Shown here piece by piece: positions 9,887-22,739 of a stretch of 64,000 bases of DNA (position 1 is its first letter; each line of letters begins with the position of its first letter). Location: NCBI GenBank assembly GCA_029560465.1, contig JAKQKX010000045.1:24260-88259 (forward strand), in the 5' to 3' direction. This DNA is from Candidatus Omnitrophota bacterium (GTDB lineage Bacteria > Omnitrophota > Gorgyraeia > Zapsychrales > JANLHA01). The notes under the pieces are model-generated. The model did not search any database and had not been told where the DNA came from. It saw nothing but the letters and a program-made list of their open reading frames with translations. The position numbers and the translations under genes were made by a program.

Positions 9887-11592
9887 CCAGAAGGATTTAA
9901 AGATCTTAAATATTTAATCGTGTCCATTAACATCTCTTTAAACACCGGAGCCGCCACCGTTCCCCCGTAATAATTGGGGCTCGGTTCATCAAAAACAACG
10001 ACTGCGGCAACACGGGGGTTATCAACCGGGGCGAATCCGATAAAAGTCGCGTAATACTTCCTATGAGAATACTGGCCGTTCTCAACCTTCTGTGCCGTTC
10101 CGGTTTTCCCAGCCACAGACAACCCATCAATGCGGGCACGCTTCCCTGTCCCGTTGTCAACAACGCCCTGCAAGATCGCTTTCATCCTCTCAGACGTTTC
10201 AGTCGAGATAACCCGCCCCCGGATTTCCGGGAAGAACTCCTGGATCAGTTCATCTTTGTTGTCTTTGATGTATTTGACGACAAAAGGCTTCATGGCAATA
10301 CCGCCGTTGGCAATCGCCGAAACGGCACACACCAACTGCAAAGGGGTCACGGCAACCTCATGCCCGATGGGAACCGCGCCAATGGACGTCTTGGACCACG
10401 TGGAAGGAGGAGGGATCAGCCCCTCCACTTCCCCGAGCAAATCAATGCCGGTCTTCTGTCCGAACTGAAAGGCCCGGGCATAACGGTAAACCTTTTCAGC
10501 CCCGAGCTTCTGGGCGATCTTCGTGGTCCCGATATTGCTGGATTGTTCAATCACCCCCTGAAACGTCAAAGTCCCATGCGGATGGCTGTCATGTAAGATA
10601 TGGTTGCCGACACGGTACTCCCCATTTTCACAAAAAATCTTGTCATCTTCCTGGAACGCCTTCTCTTCGATAGCCGCTGAGGCTGTGACAATCTTAAAAA
10701 CGGAGCCCGGTTCATAGATATAAGAAATTCCACGGTTCGTCCTTTGCTCCGGCGCACTTTCGGCAAAATTCTCCAAATCATAGGTCGGACGGTTCGCGAG
10801 GGCCAGGATTTCACCGGTATGAGGATCCATCACAATGATCGTCGCCCCTTTCGCCTTGTTCTGCTGAAACGCCTTGTCCAAAGCCCTTTCCGCGATGTAC
10901 TGTATCGTTTCGTCAATCGTCAGGACGAGATTAAAGCCATCCTGCGGTGGAGACGCGCCCTTTTCTATCATCAAATCCCGCTGCTTAGCGTCTCTTAAAA
11001 TCTGCGCCCAGCCTTCCTTGCCTTTGAGGACCTCATCATACTTGAGCTCCAGGCCATCCAACCCCGCATTATCCATCCCGGCAAACCCGATCACATGCGC
11101 TGCCAGGTTCCGGTTAGGATAATACCGTTTGCTCTCCCGGATAAAATCCAGTCCAGGTATTTTCAAAGCCTGAATTTCTTCCACAACATCATCCGGAAGT
11201 TTCCGAGATAACCAGACAAAATATTTCGGACGCGCGAGCCGCTCCCGGATAAAAGCGGGATCCAAGCGGGCCCGGGACGAAAGCTCCCTCACCGCCCGTT
11301 CCTTATCCTCGGACGTCATCAGCCGGGGGTTGGCGAACAAAGAGTATGCCGTCATATTCAACGCCAAATGCCTTAGCCGCCGGTCATAAATTGTCCCGCG
11401 CACCGGCTCCAGCTTGATATAATGGTTATGCTGTTTCGCCGCCAGTCCCGCGAGGTGCGTTGGACGAAAAACCTGCATCCATGCCAGCCGGGCAGAAAAA
11501 TACAGCAGACACGCAATCAAGAAAAGGAAAACACTGATAAAACGTAAGGTCCGTTTACGAATATACACCGGTCCACTCCGAACCGAATTCAC
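9883..11592 (-). CDS. ftsI: penicillin-binding protein (FtsI-type transpeptidase)
   Basis: 569 aa with an N-terminal TM, a PBP dimerisation domain, and SVFK / SSN / KTGT transpeptidase motifs. Confidence 0.85.
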   Translation of the reverse strand: MNSVRSGPVYIRKRTLRFISVFLFLIACLLYFSARLAWMQVFRPTHLAGLAAKQHNHYIKLEPVRGTIYDRRLRHLALNMTAYSLFANPRLMTSEDKERAVRELSSRARLDPAFIRERLARPKYFVWLSRKLPDDVVEEIQALKIPGLDFIRESKRYYPNRNLAAHVIGFAGMDNAGLDGLELKYDEVLKGKEGWAQILRDAKQRDLMIEKGASPPQDGFNLVLTIDETIQYIAERALDKAFQQNKAKGATIIVMDPHTGEILALANRPTYDLENFAESAPEQRTNRGISYIYEPGSVFKIVTASAAIEEKAFQEDDKIFCENGEYRVGNHILHDSHPHGTLTFQGVIEQSSNIGTTKIAQKLGAEKVYRYARAFQFGQKTGIDLLGEVEGLIPPPSTWSKTSIGAVPIGHEVAVTPLQLVCAVSAIANGGIAMKPFVVKYIKDNKDELIQEFFPEIRGRVISTETSERMKAILQGVVDNGTGKRARIDGLSVAGKTGTAQKVENGQYSHRKYYATFIGFAPVDNPRVAAVVVFDEPSPNYYGGTVAAPVFKEMLMDTIKYLRSLNPSG

Positions 11593-11685
11593 CCATGGTT
11601 ATGTGTCTTTAATTCCGGCTTCAGCGGTAACATCGCGCAACATTTTATATGGAGAATCCGACCATTCGCAAAAACCGCAATGAGG

Positions 11686-12102
11686 TTACGGCTCTTTCCG
11701 CCAAGACCGGAGGATACGGCTTTTGTCAAAAGATCGCGCCTCGGCCTCGGACTTAAATGAAAGGAAACTCAGGAGAGGTTTGATTGGCCCTTCGTTTCGG
11801 GACACCGTCCCTTCATGCTCCGCGTTTAAAGATTCTGTTGTGACAAGCTGCACGATATTCTCATCATCGCTGAACTGAAAGATCGAGTTGTCCGTTAACA
11901 GGGTCACTCCCAAGTTGAGTGAAGATTTCAACTGCATGATATTATATGTCACACGGCCATTTTCGCTTTTCAGGGTGACAATTTCTTTCTCACGGGTCTT
12001 CCCCTGATAAGCGTAGTCAAATATCTGCATCTGCAAATGCGTATAGATCAAAGCAAAAACAGTGACGGTCGACATAACCTGTATAGACTTAACCAGTTTC
12101 AT
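11686..12102 (-). CDS. small bitopic cell-division protein, FtsL-like
   Basis: Single TM (VMSTVTVFALIYTHL) small protein located between rsmH and ftsI, as in canonical dcw clusters. Confidence 0.5.
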   Translation of the reverse strand: MKLVKSIQVMSTVTVFALIYTHLQMQIFDYAYQGKTREKEIVTLKSENGRVTYNIMQLKSSLNLGVTLLTDNSIFQFSDDENIVQLVTTESLNAEHEGTVSRNEGPIKPLLSFLSFKSEAEARSFDKSRILRSWRKEP

Positions 12103-12144
12103 ATAACACTCTTTCTTTTTTCCAAGCGGCAATATTGCCAAAAT

Positions 12145-13077
12145 TTATTTTCTTTCTCCGACCCTCAAGCGGGCACTGCGGGCACGGGGGTTATCCAGCA
12201 CCTCTTCCTCCGAGGGGCGGGACGGTTTCTTAGTCACGATGCTAAAAAGTCCCTTTTGACTTAACATCCGGAACTTATGCTTGACAATTCTATCTTCCAA
12301 CGAATGGAATGAAATTACTGCTATCCTCGCCCCCGGCCTCAGGAATCCGACACACTTGTCCAAAGCGATCTCCAAAGATTCGAGTTCCCGGTTGACCGCG
12401 ATGCGGAAGGCCTGGAATGTTCTCGTCGCGGGATGGATCTTCTGCCTCTTATACCGATGAGGCAGGGCTTTGAGGACAATTTCTTTCAGCTCACTGGTGG
12501 ATTCGATGGGATGGCGGCCTCTCTCTTCGACGAGGAATCTCGCAATCCGGTTATGCAACCGTTCTTCCCCATAGACTTTCAAAATACTTGATAATTCCTT
12601 TTCGGAAAGAGAATTGATCAAATCATATGCTGAAAAAGCAGCCTCCTGGTCCATGCGCATATCCAGCGGGCCTTCCGCCATTAAACTGAAACCCCGTTCC
12701 GGATTATCCAACTGAAAGCTGGAAATCCCCAAGTCAAATAACATCCCGTCCGCACAAGACACATTGAACTGCTCAAGGATGACGTCAAGCTTTCTGAAAT
12801 CTTCATGCACAAAATCACAACGCAACGGTTGTTTGGCAAGACGCTGACGGGCGACTTCCAAGGAATCGCTATCCCGGTCAATCCCGATGATCCTGCCCTG
12901 TTCACCCAAGACAGCCGCCGCAGCCTCCGCATGCCCTCCTAATCCTAAAGTACAGTCCACCAGGCATCCTCCTCTCGGTAGGCGTAGAGATTCCAAGACC
13001 TCCTGCATCATCACGGGGGTGTGCCCAGGATTTTCATTTTTCATGTGTGCGAGCGTGTTTATCGCGACATCGACCAT
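12145..13077 (-). CDS. rsmH: 16S rRNA (cytosine1402-N4)-methyltransferase RsmH (MraW)
   Basis: 310 aa; VDCTLGLGGH SAM-binding motif; follows mraZ. Confidence 0.9.
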   Translation of the reverse strand: MVDVAINTLAHMKNENPGHTPVMMQEVLESLRLPRGGCLVDCTLGLGGHAEAAAAVLGEQGRIIGIDRDSDSLEVARQRLAKQPLRCDFVHEDFRKLDVILEQFNVSCADGMLFDLGISSFQLDNPERGFSLMAEGPLDMRMDQEAAFSAYDLINSLSEKELSSILKVYGEERLHNRIARFLVEERGRHPIESTSELKEIVLKALPHRYKRQKIHPATRTFQAFRIAVNRELESLEIALDKCVGFLRPGARIAVISFHSLEDRIVKHKFRMLSQKGLFSIVTKKPSRPSEEEVLDNPRARSARLRVGERK

Positions 13078-13135
13078 AAGAAACCAGGCTCATTCTGACA
13101 GCATATTATTTAAAAGGTGATCCCTTCAAAACGGA

Positions 13136-13576
13136 TTAGTCCGCTTGCATCATGTTTTCAGCGATCCGTTCAAATGACTCGGAATTATTATCATAAAATG
13201 ATGCCCAGGTTCCGGCATCCCAAATTTCAATTCGATTAGAGACGCCAACCAATATCGTGTCTTTTTGAATACCGGCATAGGTTTTCAAATACGGGGGAAT
13301 AATAAAACGACCTTGTTTATCCGGGATCACATCTGCCGCCCCCGAAAAAAATAACCGGTTAAAATGGCGGGATTCCTGTTTCGTAAACGGCATGCTTTTG
13401 AATTTTTTTTCCTGAATCCTCCATTCCTCCTCGGCAAACATAAAGACACACTTATCCAGCCCCCGGGTAAGAAAAAATTTTTCAATACCGCCTTCCTTAC
13501 AAACATCCCTGAACCGGGCTGGAAGGATTAACCGCCCCTTTTGATCGAGAGAATGGCAATATTCACCATAAAACAT
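13136..13576 (-). CDS. mraZ: transcriptional regulator MraZ
   Basis: 146 aa with duplicated MraZ halves (DxxxR); first gene of the dcw cluster. Confidence 0.9.
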   Translation of the reverse strand: MFYGEYCHSLDQKGRLILPARFRDVCKEGGIEKFFLTRGLDKCVFMFAEEEWRIQEKKFKSMPFTKQESRHFNRLFFSGAADVIPDKQGRFIIPPYLKTYAGIQKDTILVGVSNRIEIWDAGTWASFYDNNSESFERIAENMMQAD

Positions 13577-13597
13577 AGTTTAATCCTGACGTCTTAA

Positions 13598-13661
13598 CCC
13601 ACTACCCACCACTTTCCACCACTTTGTATTCAAGTATATCGAAAATGCTCATTCTCGTCAA
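13598..13661 (-). promoter_or_regulatory. Pmra: sigma70-like promoter (TTGACG-N17-TATACT) followed by three 10-bp-phased GTGG(T/G)GG direct repeats (MraZ-box-like operator)
   Basis: Coding strand reads TTGACG(13661..13656)-17 nt-TATACT(13638..13633), then AAAGTGGTGG AAAGTGGTGG GTAGTGGGTT (13626..13598), then about 20 nt to the mraZ ATG. Confidence 0.45.
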
Positions 13662-13826
13662 CAGCAAAATATTCTATTTTGTTGCAATACAATAGTTTGT
13701 ATTACAGCAAAATACACACAACAATATATGGTAGCCAAAAACAATAAAAATACCGGCCCCACAGCCTCGCAGCCCCACTCTTCTGGAAAAATTGCAAGAA
13801 AAATTCAATAAATAGATAAAAAAGGA

Positions 13827-14780
13827 TTAGATCAAAGAAGGGATAATGAGATGTGTTCTTCGAAACCAACGACGAGCGTTCGCTTCATCGGATTGAATCT
13901 GCCGGACCAAACTGTGACGAGAATCAAATTTTATTTCTTCTCGGATTTTTTTATTAAAAAAAATAATAATTTTTTCACCGTAAATATTACGGTTAAAGTT
14001 AAAAATATTCACTTCAATGGTTATGCGGCCAGAAGGACGGATGGACGGCTTCCGCCCTATATACGCCATCCCGGGAAAAAGACGGCCTTGATACTGGACA
14101 TAAACAATATACACCCCGCTGGGCGGGATCAACTGCCGTCTGGCCGAAACATTAGCGGTCGGGAAACCCCATTGACGGCCCAGGGCGTCCCCATGAACCA
14201 CATTCCCCTCAATCGCAAAAGGGCGGCCCAGGAGACGGGAAGCCCTGGGGAGGTCGCCATCCAAGATATGTTGCCGGATCATGGTGCTGCTGATGATTTT
14301 CTGGGCGCCCTTTGAAGTGGGTACGGTCTGGACCTTGAATTTATGTCTTTCGCCCTCCTCCCGGAAAAGAGCCAGGGTTCCGAGCCGGTCCCTCCCGAAA
14401 CGGAAATCATCGCCGATAATCACGGTATGGGGAGCCATCCTTTCGACAAGGTATTTTTCGATAAACTGACGCGGAGGGATCCGTGAGAACTCCCGGGTGA
14501 AATGGATAAGCCAACAGACATCAAGGCCGAAGTCCGACAGCAATCTCTCTCGTAACGACAAAGTCATGATCAGCGGAAGACTTTGCCCGGGCCTGAGCAC
14601 ATGCAACGGATGAGGATAAAAAGTCATAACCACAGCCGTCCCGTGGCAAGCCCGGGCCTTTTTGACCACCTGATGAATGACCTTTTGATGACCGCGATGC
14701 AAACCATCAAAGACGCCGATGGCTATGACAGGATGAGGATATTGTTTTTTGACTTGACTTAAGCGGGTTATCAATTCCAT
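13827..14780 (-). CDS. ribF: bifunctional riboflavin kinase / FMN adenylyltransferase RibF
   Basis: 317 aa; N-terminal FAD-synthetase region (GVFDGLHRGHQ) and a C-terminal riboflavin kinase domain. Confidence 0.9.
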   Translation of the reverse strand: MELITRLSQVKKQYPHPVIAIGVFDGLHRGHQKVIHQVVKKARACHGTAVVMTFYPHPLHVLRPGQSLPLIMTLSLRERLLSDFGLDVCWLIHFTREFSRIPPRQFIEKYLVERMAPHTVIIGDDFRFGRDRLGTLALFREEGERHKFKVQTVPTSKGAQKIISSTMIRQHILDGDLPRASRLLGRPFAIEGNVVHGDALGRQWGFPTANVSARRQLIPPSGVYIVYVQYQGRLFPGMAYIGRKPSIRPSGRITIEVNIFNFNRNIYGEKIIIFFNKKIREEIKFDSRHSLVRQIQSDEANARRWFRRTHLIIPSLI

Positions 14781-14808
14781 CTCTATAAAAAAACCGCTCT
14801 AGGAAACG

Positions 14809-15498
14809 CTACCGGGCGGTTCCATTCCAAAGTTTTACATGCTCCGGCCCCAAATCCTCAAGGGCGACAGCCTCATCAATACGAAAAGGGCCAACCCGAG
14901 TTCTTTCAATCTCGGAAATACAAGCGATATTGTTCAGGCGTTCCGCCATATCCTCGGCGAGTTGCCTCACGTAGGTGCCCTTCGAACATTCAACATGAAA
15001 CGTAACCCTCGGCGGGGAAAAATCAACAAGCTGCAAATCACGAATTGTAATCGCGCGGGGCTCGCGTTTAACCTCTATCCCCTTCCGGGCCAGCTCATAT
15101 AAACGTTTCCCATTCACCTTGATAGCCGAGACCATCGGAGGAACCTGCACGATGTTTCCCCTGAAGCCCTTCATGATATTTTCGAATTGCTCCCGCGTCA
15201 CTTGATCATAACCAATCTGCTTCAGGATTTTCCCTTCAATATCAGCGGTTGTTGTTTTGGTGCCTAAAATCATGCTGGCTTTATACCCCTTGTCATAGGC
15301 TTCGAATTCCTTAAACAACTTTGTGCAGCGGCCCAAAAGGATGATCAAGACTCCCGTGGCCAAAGGGTCAAGAGTCCCCGCATGCCCCACCCGCTTCATC
15401 TTGAGAATGCGCCGCACCCGGGAAACGACATCATGGGATGTCATCCCCGACGGCTTATTGACAACAATGATACCATTATATGGAGATTCGTCTTTCAT
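14809..15498 (-). CDS. truB: tRNA pseudouridine55 synthase TruB
   Basis: 229 aa with the catalytic motif GHAGTLDPLATGVL. Confidence 0.9.
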   Translation of the reverse strand: MKDESPYNGIIVVNKPSGMTSHDVVSRVRRILKMKRVGHAGTLDPLATGVLIILLGRCTKLFKEFEAYDKGYKASMILGTKTTTADIEGKILKQIGYDQVTREQFENIMKGFRGNIVQVPPMVSAIKVNGKRLYELARKGIEVKREPRAITIRDLQLVDFSPPRVTFHVECSKGTYVRQLAEDMAERLNNIACISEIERTRVGPFRIDEAVALEDLGPEHVKLWNGTAR

Positions 15499-15541
15499 AA
15501 GATCCTTTTTGATAAAATGGACTGAACCGCCGAAGGACGCG

Positions 15542-16549
15542 TCAGATGACCTCGCTGATTTCCTGCAACACGCGTTTTTTGGTGTGATTCAAGTCGCCCT
15601 TCACCAAACAGCCACTTGCCCGGCTGTGCCCTCCTCCCTGGAAATGATACGCGAGCCAGGCGACATTCACCCTGGAAAGGGACCGGAAATTGACCCGGGT
15701 GACATCCTTTTTCTCGACAGTAAAAATTACGATGACTTCGACGTCTTTGATGGCGCGGAAATGCCGGAAAATCCGGTCCCGCAGGTCAAACTCTTCCGAG
15801 AACCGTTTCAAATCCTTCTGGGACAAAACCAGGCAGATAACTTGATTATTAAAATGCCTCTCAAAAGAGCTAACCAGTTTATTGAAATTATTTAAATCCC
15901 CCAGGGTGATCGACTCATACAATTTGATATACAACTTGTTGGACGACACCCCGAACGACAACAACCGGGAGGCCACCTCGTGCGTATGCGGGGTGGTGTT
16001 ATCGTAACGGAAGCATCCTGTGTCCGTTAAAATCCCGGTATACAAAAGCTGCGCCAAAGTTTTTGTTAAAGGACAGGAAATATCCGCCAGCAGATCATAA
16101 AGCAATTCCGCCGTGGAAGAGGACTTGGGCACGACACAGTTATATTGCCCAAAAAAACTGTTGGTGACATGATGATCAATGTTCACCAAGAGCGTGCCAG
16201 GAGACAACAGTGGCTGAACAGGCCCGATACGGTTAAAATCCCCACAATCGAGAATAATGGCCATGTCAAAATCCCATTTCTTGATGCTGGACGCCAAACG
16301 GATCTGTCGGGCGCCCGGCAGAAAGTGGAACCTCCGGGGGATGGGTTCAGGGCTGACCGCAATGACTCTTTTCCCCAAATGGCGGAGAATTTGAACCATA
16401 GCACACTGGGACGCCACGGCATCAGGATCAGGATTCACGTGGGTGCACACTAAGAAAGAATGGTGTGCCCTGAGTACCTGGCTGATTTCCTGGAAAGAAT
16501 TGTTTTTACGCGCCACCTGTGGCTCCTTGATCTTGTGTTTCCGTATCAT
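15542..16549 (-). CDS. nrnA: DHH/DHHA1 phosphoesterase (NrnA-like nanoRNase / pAp phosphatase)
   Basis: DHH motif region and a C-terminal GGGH (DHHA1) motif; likely start MIRKHKIK, ORF track start 16630. Confidence 0.8.
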   Translation of the reverse strand: MIRKHKIKEPQVARKNNSFQEISQVLRAHHSFLVCTHVNPDPDAVASQCAMVQILRHLGKRVIAVSPEPIPRRFHFLPGARQIRLASSIKKWDFDMAIILDCGDFNRIGPVQPLLSPGTLLVNIDHHVTNSFFGQYNCVVPKSSSTAELLYDLLADISCPLTKTLAQLLYTGILTDTGCFRYDNTTPHTHEVASRLLSFGVSSNKLYIKLYESITLGDLNNFNKLVSSFERHFNNQVICLVLSQKDLKRFSEEFDLRDRIFRHFRAIKDVEVIVIFTVEKKDVTRVNFRSLSRVNVAWLAYHFQGGGHSRASGCLVKGDLNHTKKRVLQEISEVI

Positions 16550-16895
16550 CTGTCGCGGCCTGCGTGGGCAATTTCTTGATATCCAACAGCGTCTGTTCGA
16601 CCCTGGCGCTGTATTCGATAGACGGGTCATAAATAAATTCCAGTTCCGGAGTATAACGTAAAGTCAAATTCTGCCCGATTCTCCTGCGGAGGTATCCCGC
16701 GGCATGGTTCAAGCTACGAACAGCATCGTCAGTATTGCATTGCGAACCTAAGACACTGAACTTAATCTGGGCATAATGCAAATCCGGACTCACGTGAACT
16801 TCAGTAATGGTTACAAACTGTAACCGGGGATCGTGCATTTCCTGCTGCAGCAGGACGCCGATCTGCCGTTTGACCAACTCATTCACTCTTTCCAT
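16506..16895 (-). CDS. rbfA: ribosome-binding factor A
   Basis: MERVNELVKRQIG...VTITEVHVSPDL is the RbfA signature, with a short acidic C-terminal tail. Confidence 0.85.
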   Translation of the reverse strand: MERVNELVKRQIGVLLQQEMHDPRLQFVTITEVHVSPDLHYAQIKFSVLGSQCNTDDAVRSLNHAAGYLRRRIGQNLTLRYTPELEFIYDPSIEYSARVEQTLLDIKKLPTQAATDDTETQDQGATGGA

Positions 16896-16919
16896 CCGCC
16901 CCATTAAAAATCTCCTTAC

Positions 16920-18188
16920 CTATATTCGACAGGTTCGTTCCCTCATAAATTCCAACTGCCGGGCCCGGTCCGGGCACCGGCCATTCAATTTTTGCTCCAT
17001 AACTTCCGCCAAGATGCGCCCGACGATCCGAGACGGGCGCTTCCCCAAGGCTTTCTGGACATCTTCCCCGGTTATGTCAAGTCTGATATGGGCCAACTTC
17101 TCCAAAAAAAGATCAACCCGCTCATGTACTATCTTAACGGAAGTTCGCAAACGAATAAAGAGAATATTTTCCAAAGCCAAAGGTTTTAATATAGCATAAA
17201 TATCGCTGGATGCCATCCTTTTAACTGATAAGAGTTTTGCCTGGCTCGTGGCTTGGATCGCGCCCAGAAGCGACTCTTTTTCCCTCCGGCAGACCGGGAC
17301 TCCTTTTAAAATATATTCAATCTGTACTTTATCCAGCCCCGCCAGAAGCGCCATGAAACGGATCATGGGCCAATCGGCTTCTTGCGCGGGATAAAACGAA
17401 GGCAGCCTCCGGCGGCGCTCCTCAATCTGACCCAACACACGATCATTGATGGCACGCCCTTTAAAGAAACAATCCAGGCCCCCAAGCCGGCGTAACCTCC
17501 GGACACAGCCGAGCGCCTCCTCTTCTTTGAGGACCTTACGGAAATCCGTGAAATAGCGCGCCGGCTTAATCCGGGCCAGGACGTTCCGACGCAAGGCTGA
17601 CTTCAAAAGCCGGTCCGTCCGCGGCTCAAACTTAAAATTCAACCGTTGCTCAAAACGGACCCCTCGCAGGATCCGGGTCGGGTCATCGATAAAACTGTTA
17701 TCGTGCAGTATCCTAAGGTGCCGGCGGAGCAAATCATGGACCCCGTCGTATAAATCCCGCAGGACCCCGGCATCCGGGCCATGCAAAACGGCGGCCATAG
17801 CGTTGATTGTAAAATCCCTCCTTTTTAAATCCGCCTCAAGCGTCCCCGGCCTAACAACGGGAAGTGCGCCGGGGTGGGGATAAAATTCCTCCCGGGCCAT
17901 GGCGAAATCCACGCTGATCCGATCCGGGCTCGTGACGGTGGCGGTTTGAAACCGTTCATGGATTTTCAATTCCCCCCGAACTAAGTCTGCCACACGTTGC
18001 GCCAACTCTATGGCGTTCCCCTCCACCACGCAATCCAGGTCCACATTCCGCTTCTGAAGAAGAATATCCCTGACCGTCCCTCCGACGATATAAACCGAGA
18101 TGCCGGCACCTTCTGCGGCCCGGGACACGCCGTGAAGCAGGGTTTTGACCTGCGGATTTAAATGCTGCCAGGAAATTTTACGCATCAA
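16920..18188 (-). CDS. cca: tRNA nucleotidyltransferase (CCA-adding) / poly(A) polymerase head-domain protein
   Basis: GGTVRD...DLD...RRDFTINA nucleotidyltransferase head motifs; no HD domain. Confidence 0.8.
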   Translation of the reverse strand: MMRKISWQHLNPQVKTLLHGVSRAAEGAGISVYIVGGTVRDILLQKRNVDLDCVVEGNAIELAQRVADLVRGELKIHERFQTATVTSPDRISVDFAMAREEFYPHPGALPVVRPGTLEADLKRRDFTINAMAAVLHGPDAGVLRDLYDGVHDLLRRHLRILHDNSFIDDPTRILRGVRFEQRLNFKFEPRTDRLLKSALRRNVLARIKPARYFTDFRKVLKEEEALGCVRRLRRLGGLDCFFKGRAINDRVLGQIEERRRRLPSFYPAQEADWPMIRFMALLAGLDKVQIEYILKGVPVCRREKESLLGAIQATSQAKLLSVKRMASSDIYAILKPLALENILFIRLRTSVKIVHERVDLFLEKLAHIRLDITGEDVQKALGKRPSRIVGRILAEVMEQKLNGRCPDRARQLEFMRERTCRI

Positions 18189-18206
18189 GCCCCTTGGGGG
18201 ATTTTC

Positions 18207-19097
18207 TTATCCCCGTGGATGATAATGTTTATGAATATTTTTCAACCGCTCCCGGTCCACGTGCGTGTAAATCTGCGTGGTGGAAATATCCGCATGACCC
18301 AACATCTCCTGGACCGCCCTGAGGTCCGCGCCGTGCTCAAGCAAATGAGTGGCAAACGTGTGCCGCAATGTATGTGGTTTAATCGCCTTCTTAATATTCG
18401 CTTTCTTGGCGTAAGCCTTGACGACTTTCCATAAACTCTGCCGGCTCATTTTTTTCCCAAGACGGCTCAAAAAAACGTCTGAGGACAGCCTGGATTTCAA
18501 CAAACTCCCACGGCTCCCATCGCAGTAAATTCGCACCGCCTCCCGGGCTCTTTGCCCCAAAGGGATAATGCGCTCCTTACGCCCTTTCCCGATACACCGG
18601 ACGTATCCCAACTCAAGGTTGACCTGATCCAGGCGCAGGTTCGCCAGCTCGGAAACCCTCATCCCGCTGGCGTAAAACACTTCTAAGATGGCCCGGTCGC
18701 GGACCGCCTGCCAGGTATCTCCCCGGACCGACAGGATCATCGCTTCAATTTCCTGCTGATTAAGGACTTCAGGGACCCTCTTCCATAATTTTGGCGTTTC
18801 CACCAAGGAACTCGGGTCTTCCTGTTGAAAATTCTCCCTGACGAGGAAACGGTGGAAGGTCTTGATCGCGGCTAACCGCCGGCAAATGGTCCGGGCCGAC
18901 AAGCCGGATTTTTTCTGGACATAGACATAATCGGAAATATGCTGCCGGGTGATCTGCCGGAGCCCCTTAACCCCGGACTGTTCGCAATACGCCAGATAAC
19001 TTTGAAGATCCCGTCGGTAAGCGAACAATGTGTTGTCTGCCAACCCTCTTTCAACCGATAAAAAACTTATGAAATCATCAATAAATTTCTGCATCAC
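18207..19097 (-). CDS. xerD: site-specific tyrosine recombinase XerD/XerC
   Basis: 296 aa; N-terminal SAM-like domain and a C-terminal catalytic domain with R...HxLRH...Y (LGHADISTTQIYTHV). Confidence 0.85.
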   Translation of the reverse strand: MMQKFIDDFISFLSVERGLADNTLFAYRRDLQSYLAYCEQSGVKGLRQITRQHISDYVYVQKKSGLSARTICRRLAAIKTFHRFLVRENFQQEDPSSLVETPKLWKRVPEVLNQQEIEAMILSVRGDTWQAVRDRAILEVFYASGMRVSELANLRLDQVNLELGYVRCIGKGRKERIIPLGQRAREAVRIYCDGSRGSLLKSRLSSDVFLSRLGKKMSRQSLWKVVKAYAKKANIKKAIKPHTLRHTFATHLLEHGADLRAVQEMLGHADISTTQIYTHVDRERLKNIHKHYHPRG

Positions 19098-19106
19098 CAG
19101 CCACCC

Positions 19107-19598
19107 TCACGGTTGCAGCCCCTCTCGCCCCAAGGCCGTTTTCAATGTCTGTCGTATCCTCCGGTCAAGGCTCAAAAGATCTTTTATATAACTCTGGTAC
19201 GGCCGGTACGCCGCTGGCTGCGAGAACGCGTCTCGAATTTGGCCCATCTCCGCGTTGATCTGCCGCAGTTCGCCGCGGGAAGATTCGGGCAACAGCGCCT
19301 CCATCCCTTCCAGCTCTTTCAAACACGCCTTCAGTGAAAACACGATACGCTTGTCACTGGCCTTGTCTTCCATGTTCGTGATCGCTTCTTTAGTCCAAAC
19401 TAAAACCCTGTTGAAATGGCCCTGATACTTATCTTCCGGCGACAACTCCGCCGCCGGATATTCTTCCGGTTCAAAAACCGGTTGAACCGCTGTTTCCACG
19501 TCGGCCGAGCGTTTTTTGCGGATGAACTTCTTCCGCACGGGCTCACACCCGCTCAAAAGAATCTGAACGGCGAGCAGCCCCCCAATCAACCATGCCAT
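19107..19598 (-). CDS. hypothetical lipoprotein
   Basis: Lipobox-like N-terminus MAWLIGGLLAVQILLSGC; no recognisable domain. Confidence 0.5.
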   Translation of the reverse strand: MAWLIGGLLAVQILLSGCEPVRKKFIRKKRSADVETAVQPVFEPEEYPAAELSPEDKYQGHFNRVLVWTKEAITNMEDKASDKRIVFSLKACLKELEGMEALLPESSRGELRQINAEMGQIRDAFSQPAAYRPYQSYIKDLLSLDRRIRQTLKTALGREGLQP

Positions 19599-19626
19599 AA
19601 CCGGCAGATCCTGACGGGACGGGCAT

Positions 19627-22379
<2,753 letters not shown>

Positions 22380-22402
22380 ACGAACCCCAGCTTACGGCGG
22401 GT

Positions 22403-22732
22403 TTAAATGATCCTGAAATTATGGAACTCCCCGGCGGGGTCTCCATAAAACAGCTCCCGCTTACTGATTGATTCTGAGAAGTACTCTTCAACTTCCATCA
22501 TAAGATTTTCAACGCCCGCGGGGTATCCCTCCACCAGGATTTCAACCCGGCCATCATGAAGGTTCCTAACCCAACCCTGAAGCCCCAGTCGGGACGCATA
22601 GCCACGGACCGTATACCGGAACCCAACGCCTTGGACAATCCCGGAATAAAAAATGTGCGCCTGAACCAGCCTTTCATGATGTTTACGTTGCTGTTCCTGT
22701 GTCATAAAATTATATTGCCGCGGATAAATCAA
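22403..22732 (-). CDS. acyP: acylphosphatase
   Basis: VQGVGFRY and GWVRN acylphosphatase motifs; start may be M10 (MTQEQQ). Confidence 0.8.
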   Translation of the reverse strand: MIYPRQYNFMTQEQQRKHHERLVQAHIFYSGIVQGVGFRYTVRGYASRLGLQGWVRNLHDGRVEILVEGYPAGVENLMMEVEEYFSESISKRELFYGDPAGEFHNFRII

Positions 22733-22739
22733 TTAACAA

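Noticed and set aside
18207-19097. The tyrosine recombinase considered as a phage/ICE integrase marking a mobile element.
   Set aside because: The XerD-type N-terminal domain and the housekeeping neighbours (ligA, cca) indicate the chromosomal dimer-resolution recombinase. No flanking att repeats or phage genes.
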